DNA of 39,144 nt. It comes from a virus (Duplodnaviria; Heunggongvirae; Uroviricota; Caudoviricetes). The stretch is from IMG/VR virus record IMGVR_UViG_2778261089_000004; one strand, given 5' to 3'. A program made the translations under genes and the position numbers. Of the stretch, positions 17,797 through 27,485 are shown one piece after another (within the stretch, counting starts at the first letter, position 1; each line of letters begins with the position of its first letter). The notes beneath the pieces were generated by a model. It was not told where the DNA came from, searched no databases, and worked only from the letters and a program-made list of their open reading frames with translations.

Positions 17797-18750
17797 TTAT
17801 TTACTGATACCGGTGATGAGATACCCTGCATCGCCACCCACCACGGCGACTTTGTAGATATCGGTATAACGGCAGTACTTCACCTTGCCGCCGGCTCCGT
17901 CGTATTTGTCGGCAACAGGCATTCCCTTACGACGCAGGGTGTAGCCGAAGGACGGCTCGTTCTCGTCCGCGCTGTCCGCCCCCGGCTGCGGCTTGCCGAC
18001 GTAGTGCAGCATCAGGTTGTCTCCCCAGATATCCGTCGGCACGCTGTCCTTATCCATTGCCGTTTTCATGGACGGCAGGGAGACAGGGGCACCGATGACG
18101 ATCTCTTCGATCTGAAAGAGGTCCCGCAGGATCTCAGTGGTGATGCGCTTGCGCTCGTTGGCTCCGATGGCAGCCTGAATTGCCGGGTGGAACTTCAGCA
18201 GCGCCATCACGCTGGCCCCCATGGTCATCAGGTTAGGACGCAGCCCCGTGGCAGTACGGACCGCTTCCATACCGGCTTCAATCACCCCGATGGGGTCACC
18301 TTTACCACCGGCCCAGCGGTCGCCGGACGTCAGTTTTTTGACGTGCCCGGTACGGTAGACCTTTTCATCCTGGGCCAGACGGGCAGCGATAAGTTCACGG
18401 CGCAGGTTCACGCCATTCGTGGCGCGACGGATGGCCTTGCTCTCTTCGTTAAACATGGACTCCGCCTGCTCGCGATAGTCCACCGGCGCAGCCAGATCGT
18501 GCTCACCCAGTACCAGGTCCAGCGTGCCGGTTTTCTCACGGACCAGAACATTGCTGTCCGCCCCGACAGCACGCTCAGTGTCATATTCCACAAAGGCGGT
18601 TTTTCCGAAGGTCGGTACACGCACGCCTTCCTTGTCCGTCAGTACGACGGGGAAAATACGTTCGCCGATGAATGCAGCATTTTTATAGCCACGGGCGATA
18701 CTGGTCAGTACAGGATCAACGACACGTTTACCTTTTAAGTAATCAGACAT
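17797..18750 (-). CDS. major capsid protein (Mu T-like)
   Basis: 317 aa; RBS AAGGAG before ATG; follows protease/scaffold gene as in Mu. Confidence 0.85.
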   Translation of the reverse strand: MSDYLKGKRVVDPVLTSIARGYKNAAFIGERIFPVVLTDKEGVRVPTFGKTAFVEYDTERAVGADSNVLVREKTGTLDLVLGEHDLAAPVDYREQAESMFNEESKAIRRATNGVNLRRELIAARLAQDEKVYRTGHVKKLTSGDRWAGGKGDPIGVIEAGMEAVRTATGLRPNLMTMGASVMALLKFHPAIQAAIGANERKRITTEILRDLFQIEEIVIGAPVSLPSMKTAMDKDSVPTDIWGDNLMLHYVGKPQPGADSADENEPSFGYTLRRKGMPVADKYDGAGGKVKYCRYTDIYKVAVVGGDAGYLITGISK

Positions 18751-18764
18751 GCTCTCTCCTTAAA

Positions 18765-19880
18765 TTACAGGCAGCGTGCGACAGCAGCCTCATAGCTGAT
18801 GCCTTCTTTTTTCGACAGGGCCACTGCTTTCTGATGCAGGGCCAGACGCTCAGGATCGGCTTCCGCAAACTCCGCCACATCCACCTTCACCGCGTCGCCA
18901 ACACGATCCTTTGTGGCCTGTTCGGCGAAGTTCATCACCGGCTCCCCGTCGGAGAGCAGCGAACGGAAGGCGGTGGCCAGCGGTGTACGGTTTTCTCCCT
19001 CGGCAAACTCCACCGGTTTGTCGCCACCGGCGACGGCATCCAGCAGGGCAACCACCACGGAAGAGGCGCGGGGAGCCAGACGGCCCTCTGCGACCAGTTT
19101 TTCTGCAAAGGCCACATTGTCCTTATGCAGTTGCTCCTGTCTGACCTGTGCATCACGCGCATCGCGATCAGCAGCCTGCTGCTTCAGGCGGCGGTTCTCC
19201 TCCTGAAGGGCTTCAATCTCTTCTTTTGTCATCGATGATTCCTCGTTACTTTTGGAAGACGGCACCCGGCCTGTCTCACTGAATTGCGCACCTGCAGCAT
19301 CCTGCGACGCTGTGTCGCGGTACGCCTCTTCGCGCAGATTGTTGAGCTGCCATTCCGGCAGGACTTTTTCTGCCTCGTCCAGACTGAAGCGGGCGATCAG
19401 AAAATCGCGCAGCTTTCCCCACAGGGAGGCATTCGTGATGGCCTGCCAGTCGGCGAACTCCACCACACCTTCTTCCTGCTCACTGAAGGACACCTGTTTC
19501 AGCCCTTTGACGGAAGGTGGCTGTGCCCCGAGAAAGCCCACATGGCGAAGGTAGAGCACGCCGGGCTTCGGATTGGACGGTGAATCCGGGAGGTAGAAAG
19601 AGGCGGACACTTTTTTGAATCGTCCGTCGGTGACCATCTCAGCAAACTGCGGGTCCAACTGGGCAGGCTCTGCCATCAGATCGACGCCGCTGAGCGACAG
19701 GGCTTTCACCCAGCCCCACGCCGGGTCTTCCGTTCTGGGATGACCAATCACGAGTGGTGCTTCATGGACGGACGGGTCATAGGCTTTCACGCAGGCGGCA
19801 AGATCGTCTGGCGTGAACGGCAGTTTTTTGCCGTGCATATCGGTATGAGTACCGGCTTTAAAAATGTGAATGGCTGACAT
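18765..19880 (-). CDS. head protease / scaffold protein (Mu I-like)
   Basis: 371 aa; N-terminal protease-like region and acidic coiled-coil C-terminal scaffold-like region (EEIEALQEENRRLKQQ). Confidence 0.85.
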   Translation of the reverse strand: MSAIHIFKAGTHTDMHGKKLPFTPDDLAACVKAYDPSVHEAPLVIGHPRTEDPAWGWVKALSLSGVDLMAEPAQLDPQFAEMVTDGRFKKVSASFYLPDSPSNPKPGVLYLRHVGFLGAQPPSVKGLKQVSFSEQEEGVVEFADWQAITNASLWGKLRDFLIARFSLDEAEKVLPEWQLNNLREEAYRDTASQDAAGAQFSETGRVPSSKSNEESSMTKEEIEALQEENRRLKQQAADRDARDAQVRQEQLHKDNVAFAEKLVAEGRLAPRASSVVVALLDAVAGGDKPVEFAEGENRTPLATAFRSLLSDGEPVMNFAEQATKDRVGDAVKVDVAEFAEADPERLALHQKAVALSKKEGISYEAAVARCL

Positions 19881-20094
19881 TTTGCTGTCCCGCGTTATGT
19901 TGTCGGAGACAGTTTGTGAGAAATGCAGGCCCGGCGATTTTAATCTGCTTTAGAAAACATCAGGGGAGAAGGACAGGGAAAGCAATGCGGTGAACCGGAG
20001 GCGGTTATAAAACAGAGGCTGTAAAGCCTTTATAAAGGTAATACAGCCCCTCATTCGCTGGCAATGATAAATCACCCGCCTGAAGAGAGAAACC

Positions 20095-20556
20095 TCAGCG
20101 ACGGGCCGCTGATTCAAGATGGCGGACAATGGTATCGAGGATGGGGATTACCACTTCAGGCTGTAGTTCTCCATCCCCCGTCACCGGCAGGAACGGGCGG
20201 GCCGGAAGTTCAACAGACTCATTACGCCCCGTTTTACCCCCGAACTGGTGAATGGCACCGTAAACAACGTTGGTCCCCACAAGAGCCTGCCGGTCGTCAT
20301 GGTCGGTTGATACTGACCCCATCAGACGCCCGGTATCCTGCAGTGTCTGCCCGTCACGTTCTTCCGCTGCCAGCGAGGGTATCCACCCCGGACGCCCCTC
20401 ATCAAGAAAGTTAAACTGTGTTTCCGCCAGCAGGGTTCCGGCAATTTTGCGCATCGCGGGTTCCAGATCTGTGGCAGAGAGCTCCAGTGCGCGGAGACTC
20501 CGGCGCAGGGATTTATCGTTAATGGTGATATTGACCAGTTTATCGGAAGCCATCAT
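20095..20556 (-). CDS. virion morphogenesis protein (Mu G-like)
   Basis: 153 aa; position between F-like and I-like genes. Confidence 0.75.
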   Translation of the reverse strand: MMASDKLVNITINDKSLRRSLRALELSATDLEPAMRKIAGTLLAETQFNFLDEGRPGWIPSLAAEERDGQTLQDTGRLMGSVSTDHDDRQALVGTNVVYGAIHQFGGKTGRNESVELPARPFLPVTGDGELQPEVVIPILDTIVRHLESAARR

Positions 20557-21377
20557 TATCCTCTCAGTTCCTGCTGTGCCAGTGGCTGAAGCGCACCCTG
20601 ATAACGGGCAAGGTCAGGACGGTATGCCGCCCCCGGCGCATAAGACCAGCCGACGTCGGTGGCCACCTTCGTGGTACCGGTATTAAAAGTGGCCACGTTC
20701 CGCATTTCGCCGGTTTTCTCTGAGACCAGTTTCAGTTCCTGGCTCATGGCAGAGCCGGAGCGGATAACCTTCAGGCCACGGGCACGTACATCCGCCGCAC
20801 TCAGGGCAATCACACTACAGCGGCAGCGCCAGCCGTTCGGCGGGTAAAACGCCTGCCAGAACGGGTCATCCCAGCGCAGCACCAGACCATGCAGCGCCAG
20901 ATGGCTCCTGCGGGTATGGCTGTCGTTGATGCCGGTATACATCCAGTACGGCCTGTCGTCGACGTTTTCCATCTGCTCCGCCCAACGACCGGCGCTGTAG
21001 AGTACGGACATATTGGTGCGAAAGATGGTATCGAGCCGCCACGGACTGCCCTGCTGAATGGTGACCGGTTCACCCGTTACCGGGTCAGTCGTGTCACGCG
21101 GTCCCCACCATCCCCTGCGCTTCAGCGCCGGCTCCAGCTCCTGCCGGAACCAGCGATCGGTTTTTCCTTCATCGACAGCCTGCTGCAGTGCCCCGCGAAT
21201 ATCTTCCAGAATATCCAGGCGGGTCACTTTAGCGACGGTAAAGGCGCGGGCATGGGCTTCCTGCCACATTTCTTCCCAGTCCCAGGTAATCTGATACCCT
21301 TTGGACTTCAGGTAACTGACTGCCCGCTTCGGGGGAAGCGTCATGCAGTACGCCAGTTCAGCCGTTGTCACGCTCAT
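20556..21377 (-). CDS. head morphogenesis protein (Mu F-like / SPP1 gp7 family)
   Basis: Conserved segment YWMYTGINDSHTRRSHLALHGLVLRWDDPFWQAFYPPNGWRCRC; start probably internal Met at 21377. Confidence 0.8.
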   Translation of the reverse strand: MSVTTAELAYCMTLPPKRAVSYLKSKGYQITWDWEEMWQEAHARAFTVAKVTRLDILEDIRGALQQAVDEGKTDRWFRQELEPALKRRGWWGPRDTTDPVTGEPVTIQQGSPWRLDTIFRTNMSVLYSAGRWAEQMENVDDRPYWMYTGINDSHTRRSHLALHGLVLRWDDPFWQAFYPPNGWRCRCSVIALSAADVRARGLKVIRSGSAMSQELKLVSEKTGEMRNVATFNTGTTKVATDVGWSYAPGAAYRPDLARYQGALQPLAQQELRG

Positions 21378-22854
21378 GCAGACGCCCCCAGATATTTGCC
21401 ACAAAGAGAATGCGGGCCAGCCGTTCCTGCAGATCGTCCGTGTTCATCTGAGGGTAGAGCTCCGCCAGTTCGCCCAGCAGCTCAGACGGGTTAACCCCGT
21501 TTTCGACCCGCTTAAACAGAGGTGCCAGGACGGGTTCCAGCGTGCCATTTAACACACCTCCGTTCATCAGAATGTCCAGCGCGTCGTCAAGCTGCTGTTG
21601 AGCCTGAATATCGGCATCAATCGCCTCGGCAAATGACAGCGGCAGCATGTTCTTCTCGCGTTCTGACGGTGGTGTCTCGTCAATATCGCCGTCCTGCAAC
21701 TGGTACTCACGCTTGAAGTATTGCGGGGTCAGACGCAGACCCGCCCGGGTGAGTTTTTCGTCGCGGGTGGCACGGGTGTCATCAATGGCCTCCTGTTCCC
21801 ACATGGCCCAGACCGGACACGGCACATCGCCGAAGTTCAGGGTGACCACCGTTCTTATGACCTGATTCACTGCCGCCTGAATGATGTCCGCATCCGCATC
21901 GCGGATATCAGCCGTCACCTCCAGCCCGGCCTGTGCAGAGGCCTTGTTACTGTTCGCTTCCGTGGTCTGATTCTGACCCAGTAATGCAATGGAGATCTCA
22001 CTGCGTGACAGTGTGATCAACTCGCGGAATACCTCGCTGCTGTCTGCCTTGCCATCCGCTGCTTTGAGTTCGATGCTGCTGTCATCAGGGATGGCGGCCA
22101 CCGCGTCCTCCACCATCTGCTCCATGGAGTCCAGCAGTTTTTCAATCTCTGCATCATTTGCACCCCTCGGGTGCTTACCGATCACCCATGGGGAGCCAAA
22201 CTTTTCGGCAAAGCGGAGCCAGAATTTCATCCCGCCTTTCTTGAAGGCGACCGGCCAGAAGCACATGGACAGGTCAGGGAAACCGTAAGGATTGTCATAC
22301 GAGGCATCCTGTGCCGGCACCACGAATTTTGACGGTGACAGCAGCTCACCCTCCACACCCGCATCACGAGCCCGGAAGCGCAGGCAGTTGTCCGTATCAA
22401 ACTGAAACCACTCAGGCGGTTTGCCGACAATATCCGTCACCGCCCACGCCCTGACCGAACGGCCCCACATGATTTCACAGGGCTGATACCCGTAGAGCAC
22501 GGCATCGCTCATCTCACCGATGATACGGGACAGATCCAGATCGTCGAGCATGTCGCGGATGAAACGGAAGACCCGGGCAGAAGCGTGACCGCGCTCCAGT
22601 CCACGCTCCAGCGATTTGAGCGCTGCTTTACGTCTGCGGATACAGCCCCCGACCAGCGGGTCGGTGCGCAGTTCGCGGTAGATACGGATATCCCGTCCCT
22701 GAGCCTTGAGAATGGGATCAGGATTGGGCAGATACATGCCCAGAGCGTAAAAGTCGATCGCGCGGCTGCGGGAGGCAATCTGCGCGGTCAGTGATTTTTG
22801 GGGTTCGGCGAACGCCACGAACTCATCGGGTGAAACCCAGATACCCCTCGCCAT
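21358..22854 (-). CDS. portal protein (Mu gp29 H-like)
   Basis: 498 aa; position between terminase and F-like gene. Confidence 0.85.
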   Translation of the reverse strand: MARGIWVSPDEFVAFAEPQKSLTAQIASRSRAIDFYALGMYLPNPDPILKAQGRDIRIYRELRTDPLVGGCIRRRKAALKSLERGLERGHASARVFRFIRDMLDDLDLSRIIGEMSDAVLYGYQPCEIMWGRSVRAWAVTDIVGKPPEWFQFDTDNCLRFRARDAGVEGELLSPSKFVVPAQDASYDNPYGFPDLSMCFWPVAFKKGGMKFWLRFAEKFGSPWVIGKHPRGANDAEIEKLLDSMEQMVEDAVAAIPDDSSIELKAADGKADSSEVFRELITLSRSEISIALLGQNQTTEANSNKASAQAGLEVTADIRDADADIIQAAVNQVIRTVVTLNFGDVPCPVWAMWEQEAIDDTRATRDEKLTRAGLRLTPQYFKREYQLQDGDIDETPPSEREKNMLPLSFAEAIDADIQAQQQLDDALDILMNGGVLNGTLEPVLAPLFKRVENGVNPSELLGELAELYPQMNTDDLQERLARILFVANIWGRLHERDNG

Positions 22855-24449
22855 CAGAATCCCTCCAGTATACGGACCGCCTGACGACGACGTCGTGAGC
22901 TTGCCTTCACCGGCCCTTTGTTAATTTCACGGCTGGCGAAATACGCCAGCGCCAGTGCGATGGCTGAATCCCCGTGGCGTTTACCACCATCAGCCTTTGC
23001 TTTTGAGCGTTGCTCCGGCACGCGGGGGACACCGTTCACCACCTGAACGGCCCGCAGGTCATCCAGTGTGTCTTCATCTTTTGGTAAGTCCACCAGGTTA
23101 CCGTCTTCCAGTGCAGCTTTGACCGGAGGCATATGCTCCCGGTACCAGCCTTCGGTTGGCATCACCTGCTGAACCCGGCTGGAGCCGTAGCGCTGCATGG
23201 CGTATTCAGCCAGATAGGCACCATTACCACGGGCATCAAACGCTGCACCCAGCAGACCAGGCAGTCCATCCATCAGATACCAGGTGATTTGCTCCTGCTG
23301 TCTGAACGGCACGTTACGCAGCTCCAGTACGAATGGCACGCGTCGTACCAGGTTCTTCTCCTGGAGCAGTGGATAGTCCACTGACAAATCACCACTGCGG
23401 CCAAAGTCGCGCCCCAGGAAAGAGCGGGCACCAGCGGGGAGTGCCTCCAGTAATGGTTTCAGATGCTCATCAAGCCAGTCCTGCGTCTCGCGGAAGCGAA
23501 CCTCATCAGACAGCAGTTCATAACCTTCCTTGCAGGTCAGACGCAATACCGGCGTATCAGCGGACATGCGGGACTCTATCAGGGCACGGGACAGCCAGGC
23601 ACCGCCACCGTTGGCCGGAATACAGTCAAGCTCTTCGGATGCGCCGGCACCGTAGAATTTGTACACCGATGCCATCCAGGCCTGCTCGGATGCCTCCGAC
23701 CATTCCTTCCCGGTGCGCAGACAGACGCGCCGGAACAGCCCCTCAGATACGGCTTCCCGGAAAGTGATGCGATGTATGCTGCCTCCCTGACGTCCGGCAC
23801 GGATATCCCCGATAAGCGTATTGAACGGATTGTCGTCACCGTTATGGGTGGAGATAACGCGTACCTTTCCCCCCCAGATAAGCATCGCCAGCGCCGCTTT
23901 CAGCAGTTCGTCCAGTTGCTCATGGAACGCCGCTTCGTCGATAACAATAATACCCTGACGGCCACGCAGGTTAGACGGGCGGCTGGAGAGCGCAACAATA
24001 CGAAAGTCGGAGTCAGGAAATTTGATGGTGTAAGTCCTGATGTGTTTGTCGTCGTCGTCCTCTTCCCAGAATCCTTCTTCAATTTCACTGGCCGCATAGT
24101 TGAATGCCCGTGCCCACATCGCACACGCCTGAATGTATTCGACGGTCATGTCCTGGTTATAAGCGATGTAATACACATTCATCCCGCCTGCTGGCGCAGA
24201 AGAGGCGGCGGTCAGTACGTTATCGGATGCCTCAGCCCATGTAATACCGGTACGACGGCTCTTTTCTATCACCTTAAGCGGAGAGGTGTCTGCCACCCAG
24301 CGCTGCTGGTAAGGCAACAGAACGGGAGGGGCATCCAGCGCCGAGGTATCAGGCAAAACGGGAGCAAGGTTATTCCTCCCGTCCATGGGACTCATCCCTT
24401 CGGGGCCGCCGCCAGCGGCGTTTAAAATCACTCCGGATGATTTTGTCAT
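22854..24449 (-). CDS. terminase large subunit (Mu gp28-like)
   Basis: 531 aa; ATG overlaps stop of upstream small-subunit-like gene (ATGA); ATPase-like N-terminus and nuclease-like C-terminus. Confidence 0.85.
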   Translation of the reverse strand: MTKSSGVILNAAGGGPEGMSPMDGRNNLAPVLPDTSALDAPPVLLPYQQRWVADTSPLKVIEKSRRTGITWAEASDNVLTAASSAPAGGMNVYYIAYNQDMTVEYIQACAMWARAFNYAASEIEEGFWEEDDDDKHIRTYTIKFPDSDFRIVALSSRPSNLRGRQGIIVIDEAAFHEQLDELLKAALAMLIWGGKVRVISTHNGDDNPFNTLIGDIRAGRQGGSIHRITFREAVSEGLFRRVCLRTGKEWSEASEQAWMASVYKFYGAGASEELDCIPANGGGAWLSRALIESRMSADTPVLRLTCKEGYELLSDEVRFRETQDWLDEHLKPLLEALPAGARSFLGRDFGRSGDLSVDYPLLQEKNLVRRVPFVLELRNVPFRQQEQITWYLMDGLPGLLGAAFDARGNGAYLAEYAMQRYGSSRVQQVMPTEGWYREHMPPVKAALEDGNLVDLPKDEDTLDDLRAVQVVNGVPRVPEQRSKAKADGGKRHGDSAIALALAYFASREINKGPVKASSRRRRQAVRILEGF

Positions 24450-24991
24450 GTGGCAATCCCCAGAATCTCGCGACGAAGCGCCTGTACTGCGTCGCTTGAC
24501 AGTCCCCCCTTACGGGCAATTTTCTCGGCGTTGCTGGCTGCCTGCTGCGCTCTGGCCCGTACTTCAGACTGGAACTTTTTGAGGTTGACGGACGCGCGGG
24601 ACAGCGTAGCCACATTCTTCGCCACCTTCGACAGCAGGGCCACGCGTTCTTTAGGATCGACTTCACCTTCTTCCGCCTCCTGCAACTGGACAATACTCTC
24701 GAACAGCTCGGTCTGAATAAGGGCTATCACAGCCTCCGAACGCGCATCCTGATCGTCTGCTGCGCCTTCGGTCAGCATGCGGGCCGCTTCTGTTGCCGCA
24801 CGGATAGCACCATAGCGGCGCTCAATCTTCTGTCCATAGCGATGGATAGCGGATTTGCTGATGACGTACCCCCGCTCACGCAGCAGGGACTCCAGCTCGT
24901 TATACCCGCTGAAGCCGGATTCAGTCAGCGCCCGTTCAAGCCAGCGGCGCACGTCTTCCGGCAGCTTTTCTATTGTGCTGCGTCTGGCCAT
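24446..24991 (-). CDS. Mu gp27-like protein, putative terminase small subunit
   Basis: 181 aa, N-terminal HTH-like region, immediately upstream of and overlapping terminase large subunit. Confidence 0.65.
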   Translation of the reverse strand: MARRSTIEKLPEDVRRWLERALTESGFSGYNELESLLRERGYVISKSAIHRYGQKIERRYGAIRAATEAARMLTEGAADDQDARSEAVIALIQTELFESIVQLQEAEEGEVDPKERVALLSKVAKNVATLSRASVNLKKFQSEVRARAQQAASNAEKIARKGGLSSDAVQALRREILGIAT

Positions 24992-25302
24992 TATTCACTC
25001 CAGTACTTTTCCGGGCGGGCAATACCCGGACCACATTCCACGGTGTATTCCACCAGGTCTACGCCGAGGCGGGTCAGGTCAGCAAACCAGTCGCCAGAAG
25101 GTTTTTTCTCCAGCTCAACCATTTTACGGTCAGCCAGATAATCCAGTTCGCGGCGCAGTTCCAGCGGTGTGGTGTCCGGGTAGATGGCGCGGGACACGTC
25201 CAGCAGCAACGTTTCACTGGCGGTGTAAGGGCGGGTTTTGTTCAGGGCAACCAGCAAACTCCAGCGCAGGGATTCGCGGCGTACCCGGGTAATATCGACC
25301 AT
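24991..25302 (-). CDS. hypothetical protein (Mu gp26 position)
   Basis: 103 aa ORF, tight packing with neighbours. Confidence 0.45.
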   Translation of the reverse strand: MVDITRVRRESLRWSLLVALNKTRPYTASETLLLDVSRAIYPDTTPLELRRELDYLADRKMVELEKKPSGDWFADLTRLGVDLVEYTVECGPGIARPEKYWSE

Positions 25303-25628
25303 TATTGACCTCCGGTATTGCGGTACTGCTGTACCACTTCCAGTTTGTTATAAAGCGCGTCCAGTTTGGCCTCGATGACTGTCTGGCCACGGATATAATC
25401 CTCGCGACGGACATAATTCAGCGGTAAATCCGCTTTAAATCGCATAAATTCTTTTTCCAGCTCGCCCCAGTTGGATGCGGACTGTTGCAGGGCCTGTTCA
25501 AGAGAGGCGAATCGTGCCGCCTGGCGTTCTTCTGTTTTACTGAACAACCATTTGGCGAGCCCTCCCACAAACCCCATGAAGGTGAGCAAAAAACTCACCA
25601 CCGTCCAGAATTCAACCTGCAGTGTCAT
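25302..25628 (-). CDS. small membrane protein (Mu gp25 position)
   Basis: 108 aa, N-terminal transmembrane helix then coiled coil. Confidence 0.5.
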   Translation of the reverse strand: MTLQVEFWTVVSFLLTFMGFVGGLAKWLFSKTEERQAARFASLEQALQQSASNWGELEKEFMRFKADLPLNYVRREDYIRGQTVIEAKLDALYNKLEVVQQYRNTGGQ

Positions 25629-26278
25629 TTCTGTAATCCTTCCCGTTCATCCAGTAGCGCGTTTATCTGGTTCCGCCAGCGACGACATTGCCCTGCGTTG
25701 TCGATGATGTTGGCGAGAACGTCACGCTGGGAGACGCCTGAGTCGCGTAGCCAGGCGTCAGCGGTTTCAGGTTGCCCGGTCGCTGCGCCAGTGCCGGTGC
25801 CAGTGGCGGCAGTTGCGTCTGAATGACCGGTGTCGACGGATGCGTTGTCATATCCGAGTGCGGCGTTGTACTGGCGCACGAAACCGCGAGTAAACACGCA
25901 CTCAATGGGATGGCTCTTACCTTTTTCATCAATCCAGCGCTGTGTGACATCGTTAATTTGCCCCTGTAGTTGTTTATTCCGGCTCTCCAGTTGAGCAATC
26001 TGCTCAAGGTAACTGGCTTCAGCCTGCTGCCCGGCGGCCACCTGCTCCTGATACCGTTTTGCCCAGGCCCGCAACGCAGCATTCTCAAGCGTTGCCTGCT
26101 CCGTTTTGTATTTGTCGAATGCTGACTGCAACTCACTGATCGCCTTATCGCCGTCGCGCGTGGCGTTTTCATGCCCGCTTTTGTAGCCCAGGTAATAAAG
26201 TCCAATCAGAAAAGCATTTATGAGCACAGCCAGCAGCAGACTGCGCCACGGCAGATTTTTTAGCAGGTTAGTCCACAC
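25625..26278 (-). CDS. i-spanin (Rz-like)
   Basis: 217 aa; N-terminal TM helix, coiled-coil periplasmic domain; GTG start overlapping endolysin stop; contains embedded lipoprotein ORF in another frame. Confidence 0.65.
   Translation of the reverse strand: MWTNLLKNLPWRSLLLAVLINAFLIGLYYLGYKSGHENATRDGDKAISELQSAFDKYKTEQATLENAALRAWAKRYQEQVAAGQQAEASYLEQIAQLESRNKQLQGQINDVTQRWIDEKGKSHPIECVFTRGFVRQYNAALGYDNASVDTGHSDATAATGTGTGAATGQPETADAWLRDSGVSQRDVLANIIDNAGQCRRWRNQINALLDEREGLQK
25663..25929 (-). CDS. o-spanin (Rz1-like lipoprotein) embedded within the Rz-like gene
   Basis: 88 aa in a different frame, fully inside the Rz-like gene; signal peptide with lipobox AVSC and Pro-rich mature part. RBS weak. 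Confidence 0.55.
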   Translation of the reverse strand: MKKVRAIPLSACLLAVSCASTTPHSDMTTHPSTPVIQTQLPPLAPALAQRPGNLKPLTPGYATQASPSVTFSPTSSTTQGNVVAGGTR

Positions 26279-27002
26279 AGCTGCCGCCCCCCCATGTCAG
26301 ATAACGGGGGGCCAGTTCGTGCAGGATGCGCTGCGGATAATGGCGGTTCTCCCGCCAGCTGGCAGTGCTGCGTCCGGCATTCACCGTGGCGACATGACCA
26401 AACCAGCGGGTGCTGTCCAGCCCTTTTTGTGATGCAAGCCGCCTGTCCCGCTGTACCCAGCCCAGACCACCGTTATAGCCCGACAGTGTCATGGCCATAC
26501 GCTCGCAGTCACTGGCGGCGCTGACGCGCTGCCACAGCCAGCGGTCATAGCTGACCAGCGCCCGGATGGCCCATGCCGGATTAAATGGCTCACGGCTGTT
26601 AAGCCCCGGCATCAACTGACTTATCCAGTCGGCGGTGGCGGGCATGAACTGCGCTAGTCCCTGAGCGCCAACCGGCGAGATCGCATCAGGTCGCCAGCCG
26701 CTTTCCTGATGCAGTTGCGCAGCGAAATCAGCCACCGGCGCAGACAGTCCCCATTCAAGCCGGGCATTACGGATCACATCATCGCGATACTGCAGCGCTG
26801 CCTGCGGAGGCTGCGCTGCGCGGGCCTGACTGAAGAAGCCGCCACACCAGAGCAACATTGCGACAAAGAATACCCGTGCCATATGAACCAGAAAGGTCCC
26901 GGCGCGGACTGACAGGCGTTCGGTTCTGATGAAGACCCGAAAGGCTTCGAAAGCCAGTTTCAGGGACATGCATACAATCCAGGTGATCTGCGGCCAGTTC
27001 AT
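26268..27002 (-). CDS. endolysin, lytic transglycosylase (SLT domain)
   Basis: SLT motif GAQGLAQFMP with catalytic-type Glu (QESGW); N-terminal hydrophobic stretch suggests signal or signal-anchor; alternative start at 26882 lacks an RBS. Confidence 0.8.
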   Translation of the reverse strand: MNWPQITWIVCMSLKLAFEAFRVFIRTERLSVRAGTFLVHMARVFFVAMLLWCGGFFSQARAAQPPQAALQYRDDVIRNARLEWGLSAPVADFAAQLHQESGWRPDAISPVGAQGLAQFMPATADWISQLMPGLNSREPFNPAWAIRALVSYDRWLWQRVSAASDCERMAMTLSGYNGGLGWVQRDRRLASQKGLDSTRWFGHVATVNAGRSTASWRENRHYPQRILHELAPRYLTWGGGSCVD

Positions 27003-27004
27003 GA

Positions 27005-27355
27005 TTAAAGCCCCATCGCAACAGCCAGACAGACCGCTGCAACAATCAGTGCACGGCGGATTAACGCAGCAGAAAACACCAGGTGAAGGCCGGTCTGTAC
27101 CGGGAAACGCCCATCAGCCATCAGTCTGTCGTCATGTTTCAGGTACTGACCGGGACGGGCTTTGGGGAAGAGCGAACGGTCAAGCCAGTAACCCAGCACT
27201 GCTGCCAGCGTGATGAGTGCCAGCTTGTAGATCACAACAGGCAACTGCTGTGGCGAGACCAGAGCGATGGTGCCCAGCAACAGCACTGAGGTCAGCAGCC
27301 AGCCGCTGAGGCGAGGTTTTTTAACAGGGGGAATGAATTTTTTCAGGTTTTTCAT
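27005..27355 (-). CDS. putative holin (three predicted TM segments)
   Basis: First gene of late operon; RBS AAGGAGA 6 nt before ATG at 27355; precedes endolysin. Confidence 0.55.
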   Translation of the reverse strand: MKNLKKFIPPVKKPRLSGWLLTSVLLLGTIALVSPQQLPVVIYKLALITLAAVLGYWLDRSLFPKARPGQYLKHDDRLMADGRFPVQTGLHLVFSAALIRRALIVAAVCLAVAMGL

Positions 27356-27485
27356 GTGTGTCTCCTTGTCTGGTGGAGACAGCATCACAAATACAGGGCG
27401 CGAAGGATTTTAAAGCGCGTTAAGAGAGCCGGGGATACGGGATGTGCAGGATAAACGATGAATTATTCACAGAGGAGAATACGAT
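27356..27485. promoter_or_regulatory. divergent intergenic region: presumed late-operon promoter (minus) and accessory-operon promoter (plus)
   Basis: 130-bp gap between two divergently oriented first genes, each with a strong RBS; no sigma70 consensus confidently identified. Confidence 0.4.

Noticed and set aside
17776-18738. 320-aa plus-strand ORF
   Set aside because: Antisense to the major capsid gene; Arg/His/Gly/Cys-rich composition typical of the reverse strand of a GC-rich gene; no RBS and no family.
23463-24425. 320-aa plus-strand ORF
   Set aside because: Antisense to the terminase large subunit gene.
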